Part shown: piece by piece, positions 24,731-37,570 of the stretch
How the letters are laid out: the number at the start of each line of letters is the position of its first letter
Numbering within the stretch: the first letter of the stretch is position 1
Origin: Balanoglossus misakiensis
Lineage: Eukaryota; Animalia; Hemichordata
Length of the DNA stretch: 64,000 bases
Direction of reading: 5' to 3'
Assembly: GCA_040954595.2 (NCBI GenBank)
Contig: CM082576.2
Location: 3,074,760-3,138,759 of the forward strand
The notes under the pieces: model-generated
The model's input: only the letters and a program-made list of their open reading frames with translations
The model's database searches: none
Told to the model about the DNA's origin: nothing
Program-made: the position numbers and the translations under genes

Positions 24731-26284
24731 TGATCGTCTTCACGCCGACGCAGTGTTTCTAATGCGTCGATAAATTATGAAAATTCACCCGATATACAGC
24801 AATGCGCTCATTATTTCGCCGACGAATGGATATTAACAAGGGATTCCATCGATGGAACAAAGAGAGACTACACGAGGCGGTATTTCATTTCCGCTGCTCA
24901 TTAGGAATTATTTCATACACTCGGTGCAATTTCTATTCGTAAATTGTATGTTTATGTCAGGTAGAAGTATAATTATTACCACCGATAGGGTTTCAATTCA
25001 TATATGGGCATATTTTGCGCAACAATAAAATTTCGAATTTACATCATATTATGTCCTTTTCTTTCACTCAAGGAACCGACAGCTGCAGTCAACGGCGACG
25101 ACAGACCTGACCGCTGCCGGTTGAAATACCATTGCGCAGAGAACCTAACATGCGATTTTCTTGAATCAATTTAGCGCGACGAGCGCCTAAATTTCACATC
25201 AATCTTTGTTGCGATCGAATCGTGCAGTCGTTAACTGTTATATGTCTTTTGTTAACAAGGAGTGATGTTTCTTGGTGTCAACTGTGGGTTCAGGGCCAAT
25301 AAATCACGTTTAATGAGCCCGGATCACTAGTACTATTACCTTAAAGCCTATCACCTCCATGCATTCGAATCTAATTGTAAACCTGAACAATATTAGCACA
25401 AGGTTTGGTCTGCTTCTTTATTTCCACATTCCCTTGAGGAACCAAGACATGGCGTCGAGAAATGGCTGAAATCGAGCGTTTTGTCAAAGAAATTTTATTG
25501 AAATGTTACACGCCACACACAGAAATAAGTCTAATTTAACATCTCAAATATGTCTAGAGTATTACTTACGTTTGTCATATGCTACAATTGAATAGATAAT
25601 GTAAAGTCCATATAAGACAATTCGCGTTTTAGGTGAACATGCGTATGAACAACACATACTATAGACTAGATAAACTAGATTTGAAAGTTTTAAAAAAATC
25701 AACGTCTTGATTGACATGTTCAAGAAAGAAATGATGCAACTTGCATCGTCATTACTCCTCTATCCTATCTCGACACTGGTGCTGTCGACGCCCAGGTCCT
25801 GCTGAGTACATCTGACTTCTCATTGCCTTTACAGGGTGATAGTGTCAATCAAAGGGGGGCAAAGATAATGAGCTAGTTCACCTGCGTTCCATGGTACAGG
25901 ACCAATAAAAATGCAAGAAAGTGTGCGTGCCTTCGCCTCCACCTGCTGTCAGTATTTCCTCACAACATGTAAATATCATGTTTAAATAAATGAATATAAA
26001 TGTGCGTAGGTTTTCAACGTTAAATGTTTGCGACACGGCAGCACCAATATACATTGCAGCGATTATATTAGAAAGCGAACTAGGAATGGATTGGTATTAA
26101 CATATCACAACCAAGACAAGGCACGTCAAACGTATATACTTGTATATTGCACATAATACACCTGCATTTGTTATCAGTGTTTTCCCGTTGTGCTTAAGGA
26201 TGGAGCTCCGCAAATTTTGCAGCGCAACATGTAACACTGTATAACTTCAAATATTTTTTGTCTAAGTTCGTCGAGTATTGATGT

Positions 26285-27460
26285 TTACAGATTGACAGGC
26301 ATTTCACCGGTGTCAATTACCGCATAGGCTGGGGGTGGTTCATAGTTGGTCACTGGTGGAGCTGTAGGCTGTTCTTGCTCGCTGTTCCGTACATGGCCGT
26401 TGGCGGCTCCCCCTAGTTGCTGGGATACCACCATCTCCTCGTCGAGTCCTGGTCGAAGATTGTCTGACGGCACTTCAACAATGCCGGGACCGTTGCTCGT
26501 GCTTTCCGTCGCAACGGCTGCTTGCGCATGCTGACTCTGGTTCACCTGTTGGCTCCCCGTGTCTAGAAATATAAAAAATTATGATATAAATAGTTTTTAT
26601 TATTATTTTCCGTGGAGAGCCTAATCATCTACCGTGCAAAAGTTAAAATATACTGGTACTCATATGCTTCTCCACACCGTAAAGGGCAGATTTTCGGGTA
26701 AGCGCGCACAAAATGCAACTCACTTGAGTGAACAACTACCAAACTACCATCACGTCGACGTTCTAAGTGGTAGCCTTGCTGAAGGACAACGACTTGTTGT
26801 ACAGGCGTCTGATAGACCACAGCTCCCTGAAACACACAACGATGACATCATACATGTATTGTTTTTAATAGTAGTTTCAAATTCCAGACCTCCAAGGATA
26901 TCAAATGGTTCACCCCCAACTAACTACCACCACCATAATCCCCGCCACCACCACCATCATCATCATCATCATCATTCCATCTTAGATGCCATCATCACAA
27001 TTGCCGTCGTTGTCACTGCCCCCCCCCCCTCCCCCGCTGTCATTCCGTGAATTGTCCTGAATTTTTACAGGATCAGATTTACCGTTCTGCGCTGCCGTTT
27101 GTAAATGGTGTAAATCGATATCATGGTGGCGATGAGCGCCAGGACCATCTCGATGAACGCCAACACCAGCCCCAAGGAATGCAGCGTCACACTCGCCAGG
27201 TAGTCATCCTCGGTCACGGCAGCTTTGTCACCGTGGCCCGACGGGGCATTGTTGTCGGATCGGTTCTTGCCACGGCTGGGGAATATCTCCTGGCTGAAAT
27301 AGATCTTGGGTTCTTCTCGTAGTTCCGGACCCGTCTCCTGGTCGTAGAGAACCCGGTCAGCGGACAGCGATGCCACGGCGACGCTCCAGCCCGCGAATGT
27401 CACTAGCGTGCTCAATATGCTGAATATGAGAAATGTGGCGAGCTGTGTGAAGTCAAAAGA

Positions 27461-27526
<66 letters not shown>

Positions 27527-28081
27527 ACAAACATGTATACCTATAAATTGGTCATAGAGCAACAGCTTAGCCATGAACTTTTTTTGAAGCACGAAACATT
27601 TTACCAGTGAACATTGGCTGGAATACTCACGCATGCTTGCTTTTCGACACTTCTTCCACTCAGTAATCCGATGAATCCCGTCAGTGTGACCTACATGTGA
27701 AAAACACGACAAATTGCATTTTACTTTGGAAGGTATACCTAAAATCATACAGGCCCACTATATAAATATTATAAACTTATTGAAGCGAACATCGATTGGC
27801 GACAGGCGACATCAGTACCCGACAGCAGCAGTCAGGTACTCGCACACGAATGGGACTCTTGCCAAGGTTTGGAAGTGAAGCAGGCATGGGAGAGACTGTA
27901 TATAATTATCGGTGCTTACAATCGTCCCTGTCCAGACGGCTCCACACACGTACTTGACATTGGACAGACATAGCGGGATGCAGATGACTCCAGACAGAAC
28001 GTCGAGACAACCAAGAATGAGCAGCGTGATGCCAAGTCCGCGAAGAACACCGCTGGATGCTTGGCAGTCGATTGTGAACAT
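26285..28081 (-). CDS. CD20/MS4A-like four-transmembrane protein, paralog A, about 320 aa
   Basis: Exons 27920-28081, 27631-27690, 27083-27442, 26724-26826, 26285-26562, in phase. Four hydrophobic helices, MS4A-like GAVWTG..VTLTGFIG, and a Q/P-rich tail containing PTAPP and PPAY. Confidence 0.8.
26925..26975. repeat. (CAC)n/(CAT)n microsatellite
   Basis: Intronic trinucleotide arrays; they explain the His-rich ORF 26634-27050. Confidence 0.85.
27464..27522. repeat. (AG)n microsatellite
   Basis: Long dinucleotide run; on the minus strand it is a (CT)n pyrimidine tract just upstream of the acceptor of exon 27083-27442. Confidence 0.95.
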
Positions 28082-31000
28082 GATTGATCGGTCAAGAAGA
28101 AAGATGGACGCTGTAGGCCTACAAGCAAAGCAGAAAAACTATGAAACTAGTTCTGTTTATCATCTTCCATCTATCAGATTCTTCTACAGTCAGGAAAACG
28201 CATAGTTACCATTTCCCTTGATTTTCTGATATATATCTACACGTGCAATTCTGCACGACATCTGAACCGTCATGTGACAGTAACCGTGGAAAAGCTTTTA
28301 TACAACCATTTTACATGTCGGGGAGTTGATGTGCAACCGTCTGCTGCTTATTGTATATATTCTTTGGATTACGATCACCGATTTCCTGGTTTTTATGTCT
28401 GACTTTTATCTCCCCATCAAATTTCTCGACGACGTCAAAGACGTTCGTGTGACGTGTGCCTATTTATATGCAATCTCTAAATCTAAATGTGATATGCGCA
28501 TGTGCATTCTCTGGGCCAGTACAATAATTGTACATTCGAGAAAACGGAAAGCTTAGTCAAAACAGATTTGAAGTTTGAACCTTTTCTACGATTGCCAGAC
28601 TTCACTCACACTTTTCATTAACGTGTTTATAACGTGCTTCGCTTATTCGTGAATATTCGAGTACTACGTATCTATGACTCATCAATACCTCCCTGGGTGA
28701 TTTCAAGTCATATTTTGAACCATAACAAAACTTGAACTTTTCTTTTCTGCAATTAAGCTATCGCACAATGCCTATTGCTATATTGCAATTTGATCACCAG
28801 ACGGATTTATCACGTACTTTACGTTTGGTTGGATTTTTTTTTTCATAAAACAAAGTGGCAAACATATATCCCGCAAACAATGACGTCATCCCTCACAGGT
28901 GGCTTGAATGAATTACATTCATGCATGTACTGTCTGTCGGATCTGATCGCTAAGTTGCACATAGTAAACCAAGTTTGATTTATTTCAACATAATTCAACG
29001 TTTCATACTCAAATAAGCTTTCTCGTTATGCTTCATTACCAAAACCATCAACACTATACTAACATGTCAGTAGATTTAGGTGCCCATATTTTATGGCATT
29101 TCTAGCTCGGAATTTATGACCATATTTATTTACAAGGAAAATGACCATTGTGGTAAATGATCCAATCTGCCATATTCAATGTACATACATAATATTAAGA
29201 ACGATCGTGCTGCATTATTGCATTTCACTTGTTTTCGTCATTTGTCTGCATTCGAAATATTAAAAGTACGTGCACTGTTTTTAAAATCACAGTCTAACAT
29301 AGATGTGTCGCTGGCTGAAATAAAACATGGTCGGATTCCACTGCAAGACTGCAACGTTTTAAGCCAGCACAGGGAGTTGAGAGATGCATAAATACCGTTT
29401 TCTCTTCCTTTTCAGAAATCTAACAAGACAATGACGATTGGATGCAAGTCGGATTTATACGCTGTCATATATAAGAATTCATGTCGAGACAATATACAAT
29501 TACGAAATACCAGACCACTTTGAGACAATGAATATTCACGTACACCTGAGCTGGTGCCGGTCTCTTCCCTCTGTTATAAATCTACAAAGCTGAGGTCATC
29601 CCGGGTCACGGATCCTAAAAGGCGGCGACGTTAATTATCGAAGAGAAGACCAGCGAAACATCCCCTGCATCCAAGCGCATATCAAACAACATAACCTCCG
29701 AGAGGTTACCGGAATGACTCACTCAGCGACATGCAGATTTGAGAGTGAAGTCTGAAGAGCTAAATTATAGTCTAGAGCGTCCTCTGACGGTCAGACGTGT
29801 CCATCCGCTTTACATCTCATTCGTGAACAGTAGATGCGTCTGAGGGTCTGAGTTTCTTTACATTTTCACAGAATACAGCAACTGGATTTGGATCGCGGGT
29901 ATTTTCATTTGGCCTGTTTTGAATCCAGAAACTGAGTCACATTGAACTTTCTGGTACTTAAAGGTAATCTCAGGACAATTTGGTTTCTGTCCTCTGGTGG
30001 CCTATTCGCGATGTGTTTGCTTGTACTCTTACAGAATTTATAATAAGATCAAGCCGTCTCTTTCTGTCATCTTTTCATGCCTGTGATCTAAATACTGCCC
30101 TCTTACGATGGCATGGTGATTTCTTTCTTTCGACATAACCTCCAGCAGACATACACAGACAGGCACTCACTCATCAAAGTGCAGTATATTCCGGTAAATA
30201 CGGGTATGTACACAATATCAAATTTCCGATTATGTCTAAGTGCTGTACAAAATTAGGCAAGAAATAAGGAAATGCTTTTCTCTTAAGATTAAAAAAATAT
30301 CATGATTATTCACCAGGCGGTCCGATATGAACTGCAATGGTGCATGCAACAATGGCTCTTGCAAAATACACTTCTTGAATTAATAAAATTGTGACCCTGA
30401 CCAAAAAAATTCTGTGGCACTTACAGCTCGTTCAACACAATTCCTGCTAACATTGCAAGCAAGTAATCACAACATTTCACCTCAAGCACTTCCCATTTCC
30501 AATTCCCAGACTTTTGTTTGAACAACTGTACATGATTAGCAAAATGGGTCACAAAGATGATTTCAAAATATCACAGCTCTGGTTAATAAAATACATGAAT
30601 CCATGAAGTCTGGGATTTTAAAAAAGAAATAAAATATCTGCTTTGAGGCATGTAAATGAAAGTTTCGAGTCTACAACCACAACTTTGACAAACAGACACA
30701 AATAACAACAGCAGCAACTATAGTTTTACAGACTTCACAGTCTAAAGAGACTGTAGTTTGTACAAAAGTTCATCACAAAGATTTGTTGATTAAAAAATTC
30801 AGGTACCTTATTGATTTACTGGTATAATTTTTAACTAGTAATGCGAAATTGCATTGCCTTTTCATCCATACTCTCTTATATACTATAAATTTATTTATAC
30901 GGTAATGTTATTATAAAAACTCCACTGGCTGCTTTTCAATGACGCATGGTATCGGAACTAGTTTTTAAAACTGCTGAGAAATACTGCAAGATTTTTGGCA

Positions 31001-31110
31001 TGTTTATCTCGTAAAACAAGACTACAAAAATGATTCACACTGGAGATTTGAAATTGACTATGACACAAGATGATGTCAGAAGAGGATGATTACATCCAGG
31101 CGGAAGAAAT

Positions 31111-32329
31111 CTACTTGTGAATGGGTGGGATTTCTTCATACACTGGAGGAGGGTCGTTGCTGTACTGAGGGGGCGCTGTGGGCTGCATCTGTGCAGCCGC
31201 TGCTTGTGACATGGGTTGTGACATGGGTTGTGGCATTGCCTGCATGCCCACTTGCTGCTGTTGCTGGGCTGGGTAGACCACGCCCTGTTGCTGTGGTTGG
31301 ACTTGGTATGGTTGGGCAATGTAGGCTTGTCCTGGGTACGGCTGCATCTGCTGTGGGGCATTTTGGCCTGAGTGGTGAGGGAAAAAAGAGACCAGAATTC
31401 AATTGAAAAAATGAAAAACATTCTGGGTGCACTGCTGTTTGTCAAGAAAAACAGACACAATCTCCCAGAGGTCAAAAGGCAACTTGTTTAAGAAGAACCT
31501 ACCCATGATAATGACTTGAGCTGGTGATCCCCGCACCATCTGGGCATTCTGCTGCACAACAATGTGTGTGCCAGCTGGTGCCTGGTATATAACTGTCTGT
31601 GAAGGGGAAAAGAAATAAAATTCTTAGTTTAATATTTGACCTGTCATAAGCAAGTTCAACTACAGTATCAATATTGTTGCCTTCAATTGATTGATTGATT
31701 GATTGACTGACTGACTGACTGACTGGTTCTGGTTGGTTGGTTCGATTTCTAGTTGGTGGGTACACAGAAAACCCAATAACATAGACACAGTAGAGATAAT
31801 CAATAAGGCTATCTATTATAGCAATAATTTACTTATATCTGTTATCAAGTGAAAGTTCAAGTAACACAAGAGATTAATAAAACTTTAAATATTACCAAGG
31901 GGATAATTTTAATGCCACACTTTCTTACCTGTCTCTGAGGAGGCGTACTGCAGAGAAGGCAACACCCTACGATGGAGAAGGTGAAGGTCACAATGAACTG
32001 AACGAAAGCAATGATCAGGTTGATGGAGTTGATGCCTAGACTGGCACTGTGCTGATTGGCTGTAACTGGAATACCATACCACCAGTAATCGTTCAAGCTA
32101 TCCTGACAACCATTTCGCCCAAAGTTATGACAGACGTAAAATGAGGTGTTATCGTCAGCTACTGCGGCTATTGCCAGGCACCAGGCGGCAAACGACAGCA
32201 CGATTGAAATGATATCCAAAGTCAAAAACCATCCAACCTAAATCGAGTATTTTGAATGGACATGGAAGGAAAAGGATGTTATTATTCCAATAGAGACTGC
32301 AGTTGTATTTTTATCTGTGTGTCTGTGTA

Positions 32330-32360
<31 letters not shown>

Positions 32361-33072
32361 ATGTGTGTAAATATGCCTCTACATACATGTAGCTATGACA
32401 GAGAGTCTAAACAGACCTATTTCTCCACAATTTCTTGAAAGTCTACACCTCTGATACAGAAGAAGTAAATCCAAAACTGAAAAATCACTTAGCCATAAAA
32501 AGTCTCAGCTTACCCAAGTACGATTGCTCTCATTGGGGTCAACTGTGCCACCTTTGTAAGCACAAAGTCCAGTACATATCACCTGCAATATGCAGAGGTC
32601 AAAGTTGGGTCAAAACTGGAGATGAGAAGTATACATGTTCTTCAAAGACAGGGCTCACACTAAACGCCAAAAACCCCACCCACCCCCAACCGGTCACCTT
32701 TGACTTCCTTCAGATCATATTCTATTCTGAGCTGGGTTCAAAATGTTGAATACATAATCACTCTGCTCTTGTTATTCTTGTCTTCTCCAGTTTCACTTTC
32801 ACTTCCACACACCCACAATTTCTGATTTCCGTCGATCTGAGTCCAATCTCCATAGACCATCAAAAGTGGTAGCGTGTGACAATGACTCCCCATCTATTGA
32901 GATTTCTGAGAGTAGTACTTACAAATATACCACACCACAGAGGTCCAGCACCCCACTTGACGCCACTTAGGCACACCCCAAAGCAGATACATCCAAACAA
33001 GACGCCCAGCATCCCAAGCGCCATCAAAAATATGCCATAGTTTTTCAGCGTGTCGTTGGCCACCCTACACAT
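31111..33072 (-). CDS. CD20/MS4A-like four-transmembrane protein, paralog B, about 292 aa
   Basis: Exons 32923-33072, 32514-32582, 31929-32237, 31503-31596, 31111-31367; same exon number and phases as paralog A. Homologous motifs CLSGVKWGAGPLWCG, VICTG, VIYQAP; tail QPTAPPQY..PPPVY. Confidence 0.8.
31687..31740. repeat. (GATT)n/(GACT)n/(GGTT)n microsatellite
   Basis: Compound tetranucleotide array in an intron. Confidence 0.85.
32318..32368. repeat. (GT)n microsatellite
   Basis: Imperfect dinucleotide run in an intron. Confidence 0.85.
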
Positions 33073-35479
33073 CTTGGTGGTATTTTAACTTTAAACTGCG
33101 GGAGATAGAAAAAAAAACATTAATTGGGAGAATTCAGAAATACCTCACAGAAAAACAGGGATATATTTCGACGTCCACAAATTACAAAGAGTTGCAGCTC
33201 ATATTACATTGTACATATCAGCAAGACTGTGAGGCAGTATACACCCAGTGGTAGAGTTAGCACGCACATAACAGAGCACAGAGATTTAAAAGTCAAGTCC
33301 ACCCTATGCCAAGTAAGATAGCACACCAAGTCTGGATTTATAAAAATAAATTCGCCGGGGGTGAACACAGAACAGCAGCTTGTATGTTACGTTTACTTTT
33401 CTGTAACCATGGACACTCCACAATTGACGGTGACTGTAACGTATTATAAGTACAGTACAACACAATCCCTCTATTACAGTATTGGTGAATGTGGTTTATT
33501 TGTGTACGTGCGTCGCTGGGTTTGTCGTGAAAACGCCCATAAATGCAACACTTCTCACCGATCACACTGCTGTGAACCGTGCTGTTTTACTACTGGTCCT
33601 CCTCAATGGCAATTTGTGAGATCTTGAAGTGTGAATGTCATGTACAACATGTGTGTTTGGGAAGTGCTGCGTCGGTGAAATACTATTCGCAATACCATTA
33701 GCACTAATACCAGTAGCCAGTGTTGTGTCAAGGACTGAGTACATGTTGCTACTCAGCGAGATTCGATTCTCACCTTTGCTGGGCGTGGTCGACTGCTTTT
33801 CCTATTATGAAATACTTGGTCAGAATGTTGTGTATACCACTGTAATACTTCGGGGGTTTCTATATCCCTGATTCCGGAGCAGTTGTATGGCTAAAACAAC
33901 GTTGAATTATGTGGCGAATGACAATATTGACAACTTTCACTGTACTATATAGGGCGCCCTCAATTTATGGCAGCCTGTTTTAGTCACATGACACTTGCTA
34001 TGATCTCATACATACCAACCGTGATGTCACTCAATGGTACAGTGGTTTGACAGAGCTGGGTTGGGTTTATAGAAAGTGCCAACGAGAGAGTGGACCTTTG
34101 GATTTTATTTAGGAGAGAGAGGATGCGGGAATGTGTTTCTTTTTACGGGTGGGTGGGGTTGAAACGGGCAATGGTAGTAGTAGGCCTAAACAGTTTACCG
34201 TGACCAATACTAGTAGTAGGCCCATGCCTACTGCAGACGCCGCTGCGCTGACGATCCAGTATATAAAGTTACGCGGAACAGCAATAGCGAATTCCCATGA
34301 ATTCCGGAAACAAATAACATTGTTACCAAAACAAGTTCACCTTGTTCTTCCGAGGTTACGCTATGAGGCAAATTCACGTGACATGTTTGGTTGCCGCTGC
34401 TCATGATAAATGCAATCTTTTCAACTTTCTCAAAATGTCCTGATTTGACTTTACGTTTAGGGGAGTTCAAATTATAAATTTTAAACGGATAGACAATCAT
34501 CCAAATTTTATAGACATGTTATAACAGCAATCGTACCAGATAAGAGTAGTTATAATTATGAGGAAGCCACCGGTAAGGACCCTTTGCACGCTAAATATAA
34601 ATTGAAAAGTCCACGGGGATAATGTTTTAGTGTTACTTAAATGAATTGAAGTTCCACGTCGTGCGCACTCTGAATTAGTTAATCATCTCTTAATTGCTTT
34701 ATTTAGCAACCATGCGTATAGCCTTTAAATCCATTAGTTGTTTTATCTGTAAAACTTTGAGCAATGTTGTTCAATAGTTGTGTTTTGTGTATCAACTTCA
34801 CTTCCTTGCCGATAATATAATAAAACGCGAGCATGGAAATGAGACAGAGTCATATTTACTGTAGGCACGTACACCATGATTTACCAGAGACTCTCCAATT
34901 CGAGTATTCGCGGGTTTTTTTTTACCAAAAAGTAAAAAAAAAGACCTGGCACGAAGAGAGTGTTCAGTCATGTACAGTTAATATTAATAATTTATTTCAG
35001 TTGATGTTGCTCATCGGAAATCAACTATCCACTGGGAAAACGCGTGCATCCATCGATGATTCACATGGGACAGGCCTGTAAAATGTTTTTCATAATTATT
35101 CCAAATACGGTTATTACAATAATTAGTCGTATGACCCATGAAGGCGTGTTATTTATCTGTCCGACCGCCGTCGACCAGTGGCATTAAACTACAGGCTGGC
35201 GAAATATTAGAAGAGGAACGATCCCCTAAGCCTGCCTCTATGCGTGTTCACTTTTAGTAGAACGGAAGCGTTTAGAGAACACCGTCTTTATCATCCGATA
35301 TTCTGCTCAGTACGTGACGAACGACACACAGACGGGCCCACGGCACTAACCTCAGCACAGTAAGTTATCGTTTCTATTCGTTTCTCTGGTGATGTGTACG
35401 CCAGCGAGTATTCATGCGTTGTTTAATTTTGATTCGTATACGGTTGCTCATTTCTAGCGCTGCCTAAAGAGACTCAAAG

Positions 35480-35884
35480 ATGGCGACGTCGGCCTTCAAT
35501 GGGACCTGGGTTTTGACGAAGAGCGAGAATTTCGAAGAGTACATGAAGGGGATGGGCGTCGGCACTTTGATGAGAAAAGCGGCCAACATTCTGACCCCGA
35601 CTTGTGATATCGCGCAGGAGGGGGACCAGTTCGAGATCAAGATGATGGTGCCGCTGAAGACAATGGTGCAGAAGTTCAAGATCGGCGAGCCGTTCGAAGA
35701 CATGTCTCCGACGGGAGAGATGAGAATGATGATTGCGAGCTGGGAAGACGGCAAGCTTGCGTTCGACGAGGTGGAGAAGAGAGAACTGGACCACCGCATC
35801 ACCAGAGAGGTCGTGGACGATGAAATGGTTATGACGTGTATCATCGGAGATGTGGTGTGCCGACGAATATTCAAGCGCAAATAG
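35480..35884 (+). CDS. Intracellular lipid-binding protein (FABP/CRABP/CRBP family), 134 aa, single coding exon
   Basis: FNGTW.L..SENFEEYMK.MGVG..MRK signature, FKIGEPFE, ITRE, C-terminal VVCRRIFKR. Good start context (AAGATGG); 5'UTR intron 35360-35457. Confidence 0.93.
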   Translation: MATSAFNGTWVLTKSENFEEYMKGMGVGTLMRKAANILTPTCDIAQEGDQFEIKMMVPLKTMVQKFKIGEPFEDMSPTGEMRMMIASWEDGKLAFDEVEKRELDHRITREVVDDEMVMTCIIGDVVCRRIFKRK

Positions 35885-37570
35885 AGACATTGTCCTCGTG
35901 GCTAACGTGCTACGAATTCCTAGTCATATGTTCAGCTAGAAAGTAGGCATAGTGTTTCGGTTCGTATTGCAGAATGATGAAAAGACAAAAACGTGCGTGA
36001 TTTACGGGCAATTCTGTTCTAAAAACATTATGGGCGAAGATTTAGGGTTAAGCAAGGTGCCCTTTCCTCACAGTTAGGTCATATACCCCACCCATCTTTC
36101 AGTTGCACGTTGGTGATGTGGTAGGCATGTTGTTTCTGATACAATAAAATATAGGCTTATGGCTTTCATCTCCGCAGATAGCTCCCATCCCATGCATTGC
36201 AATGCCCATGAAAGTAAAACAACATCCCCGGGAATAGCATATAAGGCCCTATACATACTTAGCCTATCTGTGAATTAGTAAAACGAATAGTCATATACTT
36301 GCAAGTCAACTACCAAACCACCAGTATGAATCACCATGCAATGTCTTGGTCTATAGTTGCTTTCTATGAAGCGTTTGTTTGCCCACTGTCCCTTGGTTCA
36401 TTGCTATTCACCACGCGTATTTTCTCGAACTTTAGCAAATTAGGCTAGTAATATCCCGCGGGCTATGTCGCTCGATCGAGTCTCCGTAGCGTATTATGTT
36501 GTATTTTAATATACCATTGACTTCCACGAGTTCAGCCAACTGAACACTCCTCTCAGTATTCCTTCTTCAGTATTTTTGCGTGGGAAATATACGTATTTAT
36601 GTAAAATCGACCATGCATCACTTATTTTGTCTACAATCGTATATATGAAATTGCGTGGGATCAATTCTTGTCTGTTTATTTATTAGTGGTTCGTAAAATG
36701 CACAGTATATAGTATTGTACATTTTATTTATACAAAATATTTCATGTATTAATAGATATGTTAAAGCGTATTTGGTGTCGTATTAGGAAAGCGAGAATAC
36801 AGCACCACACAACTTCGATGTTACTTGACGACCCGAGAACTTTATGGACCAACAGACACAAGTCATCTGTGACAATTCCAAACTAAAGACAAACAGCCTC
36901 AAAGGAATTGTAATTGCTTCCGATTGATGTTTAGGAGGAGTCCAGCTTGTTCATGGTGGATGACTATATGTGCTGCCGTGTTTAATCTATATTTAATCAA
37001 CCATAAACTAGTTAACTTCAAAGGAATAAATGATTTTAAATGAATGAATGAAGCTTGTTAGAGTTTTTTCTCTTGTTTGGCAATTCTGCATTCTCTATGA
37101 TCTATCTTTGTCTGTCTGCCTGTGGTCAAACTGACGGTCTCTCTCAAGTTTAACTAAATTTGTACCGTGTGTTTATTGGGTCGTGTACTTCAGTACTTTT
37201 TGCGCAGGCACCGACGACTATGCACACACTAAAAAGCAGCTATTTAAAGTCATGTACTTTTGCATGATCATGACATGATCCTGCGTCCCCTGACAAACTC
37301 GTGCATCCTTGTCAGTATTATATAACACAAGCTACGTCATCAGTTCATGTGTTGAATGCTGCTGCATCACGTTATTGACAACGTGAAAGTGAAAAGCGTT
37401 TACAACACAGTGACGTGATGATAGACAGTGCAACCACCGGGTACCAGCTGCAGCGTCCGTACGCGTTCCCAGTTTTGAACTCAGCTCCCCAGCCACACCC
37501 AAACCCATCACTTCTTGCACCAATAGTTGTGTAAACTTCTATCATCTCCACGGTCAGTATACCTGAGACC

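Noticed and set aside
26634-27050. His-rich 138-aa ORF on the + strand
   Set aside because: Produced by CAC/CAT microsatellites in an intron of paralog A.
27443-27748. N-terminal part of the 227-aa ORF with an SLSLSL run
   Set aside because: Read-through of intron and (AG)n repeat; the real exons are 27631-27690 (another frame) and 27083-27442.
35464-35890. Two 138-aa antisense ORFs over the FABP
   Set aside because: Expected from GC-rich codon usage on the sense strand.
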